A stretch of DNA of 63,275 bases, counting the filler, from Asterionella formosa (taxonomy: Eukaryota), in the NCBI GenBank assembly GCA_002256025.1. It is 9 parts of 9 records of this genome, joined end to end, with 100 filler letters (N's around TTAATTAATTAA, not from the genome) between each part and the next. Parts side by side here need not be neighbours in the genome. Positions count along the whole stretch, not along the records: positions 44,762 to 63,275 come from NKIB01004009.1; 8 more parts are not named here. One strand, 5' to 3'. Made by a program: the position numbers and the translations under genes. Below the pieces are notes generated by a model, which was not told the DNA's origin, made no database searches, and was given only the letters and a program-made list of their open reading frames with translations. Below, one piece after another: positions 47,776 to 59,673 of this stretch. Numbering within the stretch: the first letter of the stretch is position 1; the number at the start of each line of letters is the position of its first letter.

Positions 47776-48554
47776 AGTGATAACAGCCTGATTGTCGCCA
47801 TGTAAAACCTCTGTCCACCACCGCTCTTGCGATCATTTACTTTAGGAGCGGCTTGTTGGCTCAGAGTGCCATATGATGGCGTGCATGCTCAAAGTTGTGA
47901 AAGGGAATGGCTTGATAAAGGCAAGCAATCTTTCCAACATATTAACGCAATTGCCGCTGAGGCTTGAGTTGCCGCATATCATAACAAAATAAACTTAAAA
48001 TTCTTAAAATGATTCAACCTGCCAGTACTTGCATGCATTTTTTGACCTCTGCTCTAAGGGTTTTAATTGGGGTCCATTGAACATTTTTCTAATTTTAGTC
48101 CAAAAACGGGGTAATATAGTGGTCTTAAGCAGTTTTGACCGGTACCAGTATTTGAAAAAAAGGAACACGGCCTTTTTTAACTTGCTGATCTTATCTACTT
48201 CCATTTCTCCCTAACATAACATGTGCGATTATGTAAGTTTGTATGATCCTTAAAAGGGAATGATTTATGGACAGCACGACTAGGTAATACTGATGGTAAG
48301 TAAGTCTAACTTAACTATTTCTATATAAGTTATCAATTCTGGGTTGGTTACTTGTCAGCTCAAGAAAGAATTCAAAGCAAATATTGACAATCTTCATTTA
48401 ACATTTTCATCAAAGGAGGGCATCACAAGGAACAGCATTGCAATTAATTTTGATGTTGTTGTCAAATGCAAAATGTGTTGTTCCTGCAAAAAATCATGTA
48501 TATACTTCACGCATTTTTCACACCCATTAAAATACAATCTCAAATTTGTTGTCG

Positions 48555-50186
48555 TCAATAGCATTCCGTGCAGCAGGTACAGTTAACTTCTGACTTGCAA
48601 TCTGCCGCCAAAGAAATCAAAAGATTGCTAGTAAGGGCACAAATTTCAGATGGCATGGTACCTTGGATGGAAGTGCTATTCACTTCAAAAATAGACATTG
48701 CGGCCAAATTGCCAATCTCAGAAGGTATGGTCCCAGTTAAAGCATTATCGTAAAGCCACATTTGTACCATGCCTGATAATTTCCCAAGTTCAGAAGGTAA
48801 AGGACCTTTCAGCGATAATTTTGTCAACGACAAAGACGCGAGAGTTGTGACCAAGCCAATGGTAGTAGGAATGGTGCCAGTGATGTTAGGGTTGTCGTCC
48901 ATCCAGAATTCCACTGCAAATGAAAAACATTGGAATTAGAGTCAAACAAAAATAAGAATAATCCAATGTTATCAAACACTCACAAATCGTGGGCATATTC
49001 TGGAGAAACTCCAGGTTCCCAGTTAAATCTGATGATTCAATGTATAATCGCTCCAGGCTAGGTAAACTGTAAATACTGGCAGGTATGGAGCTGCTGTATT
49101 GGTTGCCTCCCATGGACAAATAGAACAACTTCGGTAGGTTGGCAAAGATTTTTTCTGTCAAATTCCCAAAATATAAATTGTATGAGCAATCGTATGATTC
49201 AAGGAGGGGCAGGTTTGAAATTTGAGGGGGAATACCATCATATTGAAAATAGTTGGATCCGTAATAAAGATTCTTGAGATTTGTGAGTTTTCCTAGCCAA
49301 CCATTGCCTGTATCACCCTCATTGTGGATTAGGTTTAAGTAGAGATCAAGATAGTACAATGATTCCTTGAGGAGAGTCAATTCCTCAGGTAGGCTTCCTG
49401 TCAGGACGTTTTGATACAACTCAATCTTTCCGACAAGCCCAGAAGAATCACAAGTGATACGATACCACCCGCAAACGGTGCTATCTGACAACCAGTTGGT
49501 GTTAACTTGCCATGGGAGAACTACATTGCTTCCAAATTGCACGTCCGTATCTGAAAAAGTCGTTTGTTGCAAATCACACAATCAGCAACAAGTGCGTAAG
49601 AAAACGAGCCACAACAGAACACACATAAAAAGCCGCGGGGAAAGCATTGTTACCTACATTTCGTCTGAACAGCATTTGTGGAATAGTACAAACACGCCAA
49701 GGCGTAGCGTTGTACCACCTGTGCATCACTATATACTGTGGTTCCAGTTTTCAACCAGGCCAACGCCTTGGACTGGTAAGACGTTGCATCAGAGAATTCA
49801 ACGCCTCCTTGAAGGGCAACAGATAGAATCAAGGTTTCAATGTCCGATGGAGCTGGAGCAGTGGTCGGAGTACTAGTGGGAGCTGGAGTAGCAGGAGCGG
49901 TGCCGTCGCGGGTTGGGGCAACAGTGTTGGAGCCTCTAACCGTCGAGGGCGACGCCGTTGTAGGTGAAGCAGAACTCAAAGGAGAAGCCACACTAACACC
50001 TGAATTACTGGAGCTTGTACCTTCAGTGTTGTTGTTCCCTTGAGCAAGAACTACACCCAAGGCAATCGCAACAATGGCGCATACCAAAAGTCCGAGAGCG
50101 CCAATGAGCAAGGTGCGGCGCTTGCGATCTGTCGTTCCAGTTGTTGTTTCCGACGTACTGCGGGTTTGATCGTCATCGGCCGTCAT
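48555..50186 (-). CDS. Type II membrane LRR protein; exons 50186-49658, 49550-48984, 48913-48555 (484 aa)
   Basis: N-terminal TM helix after KRR, S/T/P stalk, SYQSKALAWL..QRYALACLYYST, LRR N-cap, plant-type LRRs, terminal CTCCTECY; two GT-AG introns (107, 70 bp) keep the frame. Confidence 0.92.
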
Positions 50187-52228
50187 GTTGAAAGGAAGGA
50201 CGCCGGCCTACAAAGAAAAAAAGGCGTCGAGACTGAGAATCAAATTAATGCATTGTATGTTGGTATCGGTATTATTTGCCTACCGGTCCATTCTCACAAA
50301 GTTTATTACCGGTATGTAATAGATTCAAGCAAATCATATAATACCGGTAGTAAAATAAACGAAAATATAGTAACGGTATACCGGTACACACTATAATCGG
50401 AGTACAGCATTATATAGTTCAACATGCACCTGTGGTGATGTTCGTGTCTGTCGACCAGGACTGGCTCGAAAATGACATTTAAAAGCATGAGTATGAACAT
50501 ACAGGTATACCCGGTATACTCCGGTTTTATACCGTCTACTGGTATTGAAATATAATTCTTGACAATTTATACCCTATATAAATATAACTGCCTCGGGCAC
50601 TAAAGTCTAATACTGGTGTACAGTTGGGCAGAATGCATAATGATACCTGAATATATTCATGGAACATTTATTTATTGATTTATGAATGTGTATTTCGAAA
50701 TTTTTAAACGTTTTAGTATCAGCATTTCGTCGTTTCCGTTTTCTCGAAAAACAGAAACACACAATGTGTATACAAGTATGGATGTAATCATTAAGATTTG
50801 AATTTCTGTGCTCCCATGTAAAAGTTGGACCATTGGCGAAAGCATCGCTACCGGTAGTGTCGTTCATCCCATAGTATAGACATGCCCGTATAAATATAAA
50901 TATGCCACAAAAGCATCATCAAATCTTCTGTATTGTACGTATGATGCACGAGTACAGACATCAGCCAGCAAGCAAGGAAAAAGCAAAGGCACTGGAAGGA
51001 ACGGCGCCACTCACTCAATCAACAGCCAACACAGGACGGAAAAATGCATGTGGCTGTGGTACGATTCCTCGCTACACCTTGTTCGCACAAAAGATTTGAA
51101 TTGTGTTCGGGTTTGTATACCGGGAACGTAGTCGTAAAAAATTGAACTCCGAGTTAAACCCGTAGTGAAAGCTAGTACAGTGCACAAAGCTACAGAGCGA
51201 CAATACCGGTACTGGTAGCAGCTACCATTGCTCCTATCGGTACCAGGGTACAGTCACAGGGTACGTGTACCGGTATGCGGGGAATGGACCATTGTATATA
51301 TATATTAGAGTACTCAATATGGAGTCACCACCAGTACATATACTTTTGCAGTATATTACAGTAAATAGAGGGCCAAGTCTATTACTGATAGGTATGTCTA
51401 TTTATCATGTAACTGAAATGAAGTGAATCAATCAATGTGTACCTACATAGCTATATTGAAAAATAGTGAGAAAAAAATGTAACTACAGAAGTATGAAATC
51501 ATGCATCTGTGTTATAATAACCTAAATACATACTAGCTGTGTATGACCACCAGTGTGATGATCAGCAGATATCAATTGATTGGCAATCTAATCTGTGGCA
51601 CTGTTCTATCTGGAATACATGCCTCATACATTTTGTCAATTTGCAATGTGGCAGTGAAAAGAATGCAGCTCAAAGTAGGGTAGTCATCATTTCCCACGCA
51701 ACAATTTGCCAAGCAACAATAATCAAACTTTTTTACTCTATCCTGCACAGCCCTTGTAACATTTGTAGCCACCTTACAAACCTAGTTCCAACTTTGCATT
51801 CCTACCAAAGAACAAATAGTTTTTGGTGAAACAGAAAGACTACAATACTGACAGAATTGCTTCCTCCCTCCTCCCTCTTTGATGCACATCCTGCATCATT
51901 TCTGTTGGTTCATCAACTTTTTAATTGTTGAAAACTTCTTTCTGGACTCTCAATCATCATTCTGCATACTTGTCACTCCTTCTACCACCAATAATACTAG
52001 TAGTCAGAAGTCAAAACTCCTTCAAGATGAGAGTTGATTGGCTGATGTCATTCAGCACCATACTTTCAAAACTAGGCGATATTGCATCTCGATCTGCTGG
52101 GAGTACAACCCAAGTATATAGTTCTAAAACAAACTGGCAGCTCAGACTTCCCTCCTTCACCTGCTGTTGGTGTCCCATCACTAACACCTTCCTCTCCTGA
52201 CCTGCAGGTGAGAAGTACCAGTAGGTCT

Positions 52229-54757
52229 ATGGTGGTGCAATGTGGTGCAGCGACGACATGACGTCACGAAGTCATTTTGAAATATTGTTGTTGCGCATGT
52301 GCACCTTTTCAATATTCATCTCCAACGTTGCATCATGCACATCACCACACAGAAATGCAAATAAACAGCAAAATCACCAAATGTGATGATTGAAAGCGGT
52401 CACTGGTTCTTGCTATCGCTGACATGCAATTTCTTTTGTTTTACTAACCAATTTACTCTACAATAAACCTTTGCTACATCCGCAGCCTTTGGAGAATTTT
52501 GAGTGGAGGAACTGGGGATGGAGACTGTGGAAAGTGTCTTTGTTGCTATCGCAATGATTCAGGAAGCATGCGATGATCGGCTTGATGAATTTTACATCAA
52601 AGAGTCGCATCCTTTCAGTGACATCTGAATGGAGGAGACTCTCCATTTTTCTTGCAAGATTCAAGATCAAGTCAAGCTTCTCATGAGAATTTTTCGTTTT
52701 TGCAACCTCAAAAATCTCGTCAAATTCTATGGACCCACTTTTCCGGTTTTTCTCTGGTGCTGTGGGGATGGTAGCAGCATCCGTTATTCCAATAGCATAA
52801 ACTGTGTTAGTAGAACCATTTTCCTTTGTTGAATCTTGATAACTTGTAGTAGCAGCAATAGCATTAGAATACATCCGATTTTCTTCATTCTTCATAACTC
52901 GTGCATGTACCACAATGTTGATCAGGCTGTGTAATTTTTCTGCACGAGTGGTAGCTAGCTCGTTCAAAAATAACTCGAGCTGTTCATTGGCATTCTGCGG
53001 CCGTACGTAGCTCATAGCAAGGGTAAATATGTGCGCAGGACTGAAGGAGCTTGGGTGTGACCTTGGGACATTCATTCGATCATGTACATACCTTGTAGAA
53101 AGCTCCGAAATTTCGCACTGAAAAACCACCGATGGTAGGTTTAATACTAGTGTAGCTGTAGTCACCTTGACAAATATAGACTTGAATGTACGCACTTTTT
53201 TTAAATGATTGTTGTGTATGTGGGCAATTGCTAGCTGGGCATCTGCATCCTCAACGTATAACTTTGCAGTCTTGAGTGACTGGTGTCGAGCAGATTTCAT
53301 CAAGGCTTCCACTGCTCCACCACCCCAACGACCAAACAGGTACCCAGTCCTACGAAACATGTGCATACCAACCTTCAAATTCTCCAAACCAAGCACCTCC
53401 CTAACAAGTTTAGTTAACCGGTTTGTTCCCACTTTGTAGGACAGACATCTGCATGACAAAAATGCCATTAGCCGGTGGTCATTTTGATTCGTCCTCCTCT
53501 GTAGGAAAAAGAAAACCTCCCCTGATCTTTGCACAGTGTATGTAAGACAGTAGGAGTGACACTGGACAAAACTCGGGGAACTCTTCATCGATCCAGAGGA
53601 ACAGATGCACCCAGTTTTCGTCTGAATTCCCAAAGACTTTTAGACATAGAGCTCGGATATTTCCGGCATCATCAAAGACAAAATGCTTTGCTTCGAAATG
53701 GTCTAGCTCGATGTCCACGAAGTCATCAAAGCGAAGGAACAGACAAATAGAAACCTGGATGATTGTAAATGTCTGCAAGTCAATTAATGAATTGCTGGAC
53801 AAAAGACGATCACTCAACGTTCGTACCCAGCAAGGTAGTAGCTGCTCTGTAGGTTGCCTTACTAAGTAGTCTCGTCTATCCATCCCAATTCTATCCAAAC
53901 AATCTGTAAAGACCGAATCGTATGCAGGATTACCAGATCTAAGTAGAGTAGGATGACCCTTGTGGGTACTGCATCCCTTATACCACTCATCAAAGGGCAT
54001 ATCACGACAATCCTGACAAGCCTGTATGTAGTTACCAGTTTGATTGTGAGCTGTGTGAATGCCCCGTACTGCAGTACGAAATCCCTTACGGTTTTCAGGA
54101 GCATTCCAATCCCCACGACATTTTATAGGATGCCCAATGACATCAACCACTTCCTTTCCACCAAGATCCAATAATGTCATATTGATGCGTTGTATTTCCA
54201 CCATACATACATTACAAGGGATTCTACCTTCATCGATGGACAGTTTGCAGGACATTTGTCCCTAAGTATCAACAGTGACTCATAATCACCAATCAACTTG
54301 AAGATTTTTTTAAGACCACGAAAGTGAACCTCATAGCTTAGCTCTGTACGATACCGGAGTGCACTTGCTTGTACCAGTCAATTTTGCCAAACGTCGGTCA
54401 ACAGATGTCTTTTTCAATTTGTCCAAAGCATTCAGAATTCTTTGGGCTACTTTATCTTCAATATCTGCTGCTGGTATATCCTTGGCATATAAGACATCCC
54501 GAGGTAGATTGGCAAGCTTTTTAGTCTCACCGCGTGTATTCTTCTTACTCATTCTGACAATTCAAGTATATGGATGCGAAATTGGCAAGTTAAGTGAACA
54601 AATTATTCATCAAATGTTGGCGGGCTGTAATTTTGAGGATCACATGTATTCCTATACAGTTATGTATATTAATATAGTTGCACGGATTTGATATAGTCTG
54701 GTGCAATTCAGGTTACTCTAAGTAAAGTGGTGCAATTGTGGTGCAATGGTGGTGCAA
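52229..54757 (-). mobile_element. Crypton-like tyrosine-recombinase DNA transposon candidate
   Basis: Single disrupted YR gene with no RT or gag adjacent; TGGTGCA(A) motif clusters at 52229-52249 and 54699-54757; true ends not defined. Confidence 0.65.
52458..54552 (-). pseudogene. Tyrosine recombinase with Cys/His-rich N- and C-terminal regions (~690 aa reconstructed)
   Basis: Catalytic pattern LFLRFDD (R), CPVSLL..GGFLFP, HMFRRTG (HxxR), ARHQSLKTAKLY (H, Y); hidden frame IGDYESLLIL..CPSMK at ~54180-54350; in-frame TGA at 53479 and several frameshifts. Confidence 0.88.
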
Positions 54758-55483
54758 ATGCCAATGGGCAGTTGAATTTACCAATAGTTTTTCCAGTTTC
54801 ATCCCGTTTTGGGAAAAGTCCCAGTACTCTACCGCTGCTGCATACCCAGTACCAGGTACCATGCCTGGTATCAGGTACCAATGGTACATGCATGTCAGAG
54901 TGTGTCTGTTTTTTTCGAATTGCAAATAGCTATAACGACGGTAGTAATAAATCCATGTCGATTTCTTTTTAAACTGTACTCGAGTACATTTTATTTATGT
55001 CTAGAGTGAACGTAACAATATCGCACGAGGTAATACCATGGTACTACAGTTAGGCCAGGCGGTCTAACAGAGATACAAAATGGGAAAAAATGATGCTCAG
55101 CCCAATTTTTTTGTATCCAACATCTGGATGATATGTTGCTTCCAGCAACCCATTTTTTGTTGCTCCAAAATGTGCATCTTTGTGCATTGCTGAATGGTAG
55201 TAAAATGAAGACAATAGTATTCTGGCACCAGCAGGGTACTGGTACTTACGACTAGTAAGCAAACAATATTGCAAACAATTTTGAAATCTCATCATCATCA
55301 CACTTCCATCATTCCCATCTCACAATGACTCCATTTTGCAGCGTCTATACAAGATGCTTCCCATCTTTTGCTTTAATAGATCATGTTATTGTTTAGTCGC
55401 CTTTGTAGTGTACTAAGAGTCAAATCTGCTGATAGCATCACCGTTTTGAAGTGTGAATCTGTAAATTAATCATTTAAAAAATG

Positions 55484-55685
55484 CGCTATCGGCTATTTCA
55501 ATTTTCGTTGTCAATAAAAGAGTTATTACAACTATTCTTTTACGATTGTATTTTTTATATTGTGCTTAATATATTTACCCAATAGCAAAGCGTCGTTTTC
55601 ATTTTTCATGGAGATATGTGTTAATTTCATCATGGTCAAGGCTGAGTCAACATGATGCATCATACATACTCCAGCCACTCACAAC
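55484..55685. repeat. Diverged dispersed repeat, homologous to ~38765-38960
   Basis: Same collinear blocks as the 38765 copy. Confidence 0.8.
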
Positions 55686-55829
55686 GAATACTACATGGTT
55701 ACTCCTTAGTGCTATACCAGTAAATACATAGAAAAGAATCGAATAATCTAAGCTTAATGATTATAGGTAACGACTGGAGGTGAAAAAGCAGACAATTGGG
55801 AAGGAGATAATTCAGAATCTGTACTGATG

Positions 55830-56323
55830 ATGATCAGAGGCAATATCTTGTCTGGTGGCAGAAAGTTGCTTTGATAGTAGGTGAGGAGACTTCCTTGTTG
55901 ACGATTCAGGAGTAAAGTGAGAGCTCCGTTTCTTTTCAGATACTGCTTCATACCACCCGGTTGTGTAAGAAACAAAAAATTGGGCCAAGTAACATAATTT
56001 TTATTTTTGTATTTCTGTTAAGACCTCCTGCGCTAAGTTATGTGGTCAAGATTTTGGTTTGTTCTTCATCGGTTTCTTCATACAAAATGATTTTTAGCCT
56101 CCCAACATTCGACTCCGAACTGCCACATTGTTAAAACCAAATCGCTCCTCCATTTTGCACCTCTAGTTGCCTCATCATGAATCCTCCTGGCCCTACAGCA
56201 TGCATAGGGGAAAGGAATCGTATTACTCAACAGCAAAGGGACGGCCGGAAGAAACAGTTGCGACCACGCACGACATACAATATAGCTAGTCTGCGCTCTT
56301 GACAGGCATTTGAAAAGTGTCAA
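55830..56323 (-). mobile_element. Possible 3' remnant of a non-LTR retrotransposon ORF2
   Basis: Trp-rich KWRSDLVLTMWQFGVECWEAKNHFV followed by LFLTQP..QQGSLLTYY, like LINE ORF2 C-termini. Confidence 0.45.
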
Positions 56324-56396
56324 TTAAATTTTATATAACATTAAAGCTATCCAATAATCGCACTCGGGCCCAAATAAATGGACACTATTAGTACCA

Positions 56397-56550
56397 GTTT
56401 TATTCGTCCGTATGGTACAACGGGACCTATCTTTTCGTCATCCGCAACCCCCGCAACCATAGGGACTACATGAAAAAGATAGTTGGAGAATGCAGGAATC
56501 AAACCCCCCGCTACCACCGCAGAAGGTGTGCTAACCACTAAGCCATTTCT
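56397..56550 (-). mobile_element. tRNA-derived SINE-like element, copy C (full length, tail type 2)
   Basis: Minus strand: TGGCTTAGTGGTTAGCACACCTTCTGCGGTGGT..GGTTTGATTCCTGCATTCTCCA..ATGTAGTCCCTA..AGGTCCCGTTGTACCATACGGACGAATAAAAC. Confidence 0.78.
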
Positions 56551-57175
56551 GGCTGAAACAGCCAATATATTTGCAACATGCATATCACCTAGTTCTACTA
56601 TGCCTGTGTAGGCGCTGGTATGTATGTAAGTATTTAGCGGAGTGAATTTGATTCTGCAGTTTATATAATACCCTACAGTGTTGTTGTAGCAAATGGCCAG
56701 AGAGTTATGCATGATGTTGTCTCAGCATTGACCATAAACAAAAATAGAGAGTATCTTTATGAAAACTGAAAATTACGCTTTGCTATTTGGTAGATATATT
56801 AAGCACAAGTGATTATTGTGGATGTATTCACCTGCTTGCAGCTAGTGGGGCGCGTATCGCTTTTTGTGCCTCATAATGTATGCGGACATGCTTCTTGACA
56901 TCAACAGAATATTCGTTCGTCTGATCGATGTGGTCTCTTATCTGAGTAGCTATCCGCACCTGCAACCCGTCCTTGACATGGTTGGCTTCCTTAATTTTGT
57001 CGGTCTTCTCCTCCTCTGCTATTGCCTTGGCAGACACACATTTGCTTTGCAGATTCTTATTTTCCTTGCTTATGCTGCTAACGGTGATCGGATTGGGTCC
57101 CCATAAAACTAGCACATGGTACACAGGCCATCAGGACGATGTACTTATCCAGAGATTGTCAAAACTGTTATCGTT

Positions 57176-57264
57176 CTTTTATGTAGTCCCTAGGGTTCTG
57201 GGGTGTTTGGCAGACAAGAAGACAGGCAGGTCCTGCCTGTTGTACCGTATGGACAAATAAAACC
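57176..57264 (+). mobile_element. SINE-like element, 5'-truncated copy D (tail type 2)
   Basis: TTTTATGTAGTCCCTAGGGTTCTGGGGTGT..GGCAGGTCC..GTTGTACCGTATGGACAAATAAAACC. Confidence 0.75.
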
Positions 57265-57288
57265 GGCATTACAAAAGAAACGAAAATA

Positions 57289-58345
57289 CTTTGTATTGGA
57301 ATCCAGCAATACAAAGTGAAAAAGTAATTTCCCAAAGCAGGGTTGACCTTGTATTGGCTAGCTTCGTCGTTAGGGTTGTGAATCCATGCTCTCGACAATA
57401 CAAGGAAATAGGCTCTTTTTTCCAATACAAGGTATTCCAAGACATGACTGGAATTTTTCCCCAATACAAGGTATAAATAGTTTCTCCGAAATAGGGTTTA
57501 GTATCCAATACAAGGTGAACCTTGTATTGGTTCTACTATTTCGCATCCACCTTGTTGTATTGGTTAATCAATCAGATCATCAGTTCCAATTTAAGGTATA
57601 CCTTGTTTTGGACATGACCATAAAAGGTGTACCTTGATTTGGACCCAATAACTCATTTGCGAAACCCATAACAGTACGAGGATAATCATTTTTAGGGTAA
57701 TAGCAAACTAATATCTATAATAGTGTAAAATTTTGAAAGTATACATTACTGTATGATGATATATATCAAAAATAACGGTTTTATCCATATGCATCATACT
57801 ATATGATATCGTATTTACACTTTACCAGGAGCACTATAGACCAACACAGGTTCAATCTTGAAATGCAAAATATTGTCACCTTGTAGAATTGGGACTTATG
57901 ACCTTGTATTGGGATGAGATGTAGTACCGCCAAAACCCAATACAGGGGCAACCTTGAATTGGAAAATATTGTCACCTTGTATTGGAACTTATCACCTTTT
58001 ATTGGTGTAACTCATGACCTTGTATTGGGATATGACGTAGTATAGCCAAATCCCAATACAGGGGCAGCCTTGAATTGCAAAATGTCATCACCTTATTTGG
58101 AAATAAGCAGAGCCCAATAAAGGGAATTCCTTCTTGTGCCGGATGATATATTATGACAAATAAAGGAAAACCTTGAATTGGAGTTATTTCCGGATATGTT
58201 TTCTCCTTATATTGGACTTGACATACTGACCTTTCGCGAATACAAGGTGAATCTTGTATTGGAATGGTATATCACCTTGTATTGAAACAAAACCAAATGA
58301 CAAATACCTTGTATTGGAAAACTTTATGATGCCAAATACAAGGTA
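57289..58345. repeat. Bipartite array of ~30 CCAATACAAGG/CCTTGTATTGG motifs in both orientations
   Basis: Clusters 57289-57645 and 57841-58345 around an AT-rich spacer; perfect CCAATACAAGGT-GA-ACCTTGTATTGG at 57505-57530; higher-order duplication within 57857-58095. Confidence 0.9.
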
Positions 58346-58831
58346 TGCCTGGATTTTGAGGACGAAAACCGGTTGAAAACGTACCAAAAATTGCCAACAT
58401 CCGTCTGTGATATGATCCTTCAATATCCTTCATATTGGCGCGCCAAAATATGTGCATGTAAATTAACCCGTCTATCTGGTACCATGGTACCAGGTGCTTA
58501 AGTCAAATGCTTATTATGCATCTTGGAACAAATACTAACCATAGTAACTGGTACTGCACCGGAATCTCTTTCGATGTAAGCAGGATATTTATTCCTTTGA
58601 TATACCGGTACTAAAATTAAATGTGTATTAATGCATGTACATATATATATAAATATATATATATAGATTTAAATACCACCGCCTAGCAATACCAGTAGCT
58701 ATATACCGGTATGTAGTCTATATCAATTTCTTTTCCATCTTTCAAGCTCATTTTACCATTCATCATTGCCCAGTTTTCTATAGTAACACTGGTAATAGTC
58801 TCCACCATTGTATTCTCCTTTCACATCCAGC

Positions 58832-59203
58832 ATGACATCCTCCATCAACACCTCCAAAAAGAACCAAACAACGTGTCACTGGCTTCCGTGTAACATCGAC
58901 TACGATGGCATGGCACCTGTGCATATTTACTTCCAACATGAACCCATCAATAGTGATGGCACAATTCAAGCAGCAGCCTTTCGAGGCAGGGGATTGTTGA
59001 GCAAATCATCACATCAAGACGATGTTAATGGTGTGGTGTTACAACAAGGAACGACAGTAGCTGCGGCCTTTCAGAAACTGCAGGAATGGGAGCATGAATC
59101 ATCTCCTGAGCTACTTCAGTTCCAGACATCAACGTTCCAACGGGCCAAGGAATGGATGGAGTTGAACCAAGCGGTACATGGCGAGTTGCCAGTGTTGGAA
59201 TAA
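58832..59203 (+). CDS. RNASEH2C: Ribonuclease H2 subunit C
   Basis: HWLPCNIDYDGMAPVHIYF, AAFRGRGL, WEHE..P, WMELNQAVH; first ATG at 58832. Confidence 0.92.
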   Translation: MTSSINTSKKNQTTCHWLPCNIDYDGMAPVHIYFQHEPINSDGTIQAAAFRGRGLLSKSSHQDDVNGVVLQQGTTVAAAFQKLQEWEHESSPELLQFQTSTFQRAKEWMELNQAVHGELPVLE

Positions 59204-59673
59204 AATTAATAATAATTGTGTAGAAAAACTAGAATATATAAAACATTCAGCGATGATTGCAAGTGTAGACAAGGTTCTTCCTAAAATACCAAATTGAGTG
59301 TTTTCAGAAGAACGCAGGATTGTCAACTTCGAAATGGGGTGGATCGATGAGCATTTCATGTAGCTCCCAAGAAAATTAAAAATCGATCATGCTAACCGAT
59401 GAAATGTGACACCCTGTTATTGTGGCAATTCACCTCTATTTTGCAACCTTCGTATACTCAATAAATCGGTTCTGTAAACGTTCACTAGGTTGTCCAAATA
59501 AGATGCGAGCGGAAAGTGCAGGTGAACAGGATGTCTATTCTTATGTTGCGATATCAACTCCGACAGGAGTAAATTAGAATGAATACGTCCTGCAACATAC
59601 GGTTACAACAGCGTGTGCTGTCGTCTCCGCTAGACATTTGCTTGGAAACGAATTTTCATATCCTGTCATGGCT

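Noticed and set aside
57289..58345. CRISPR-like repeat-spacer array
   Set aside because: The motif is only 11 bp, occurs in both orientations and is irregularly spaced.
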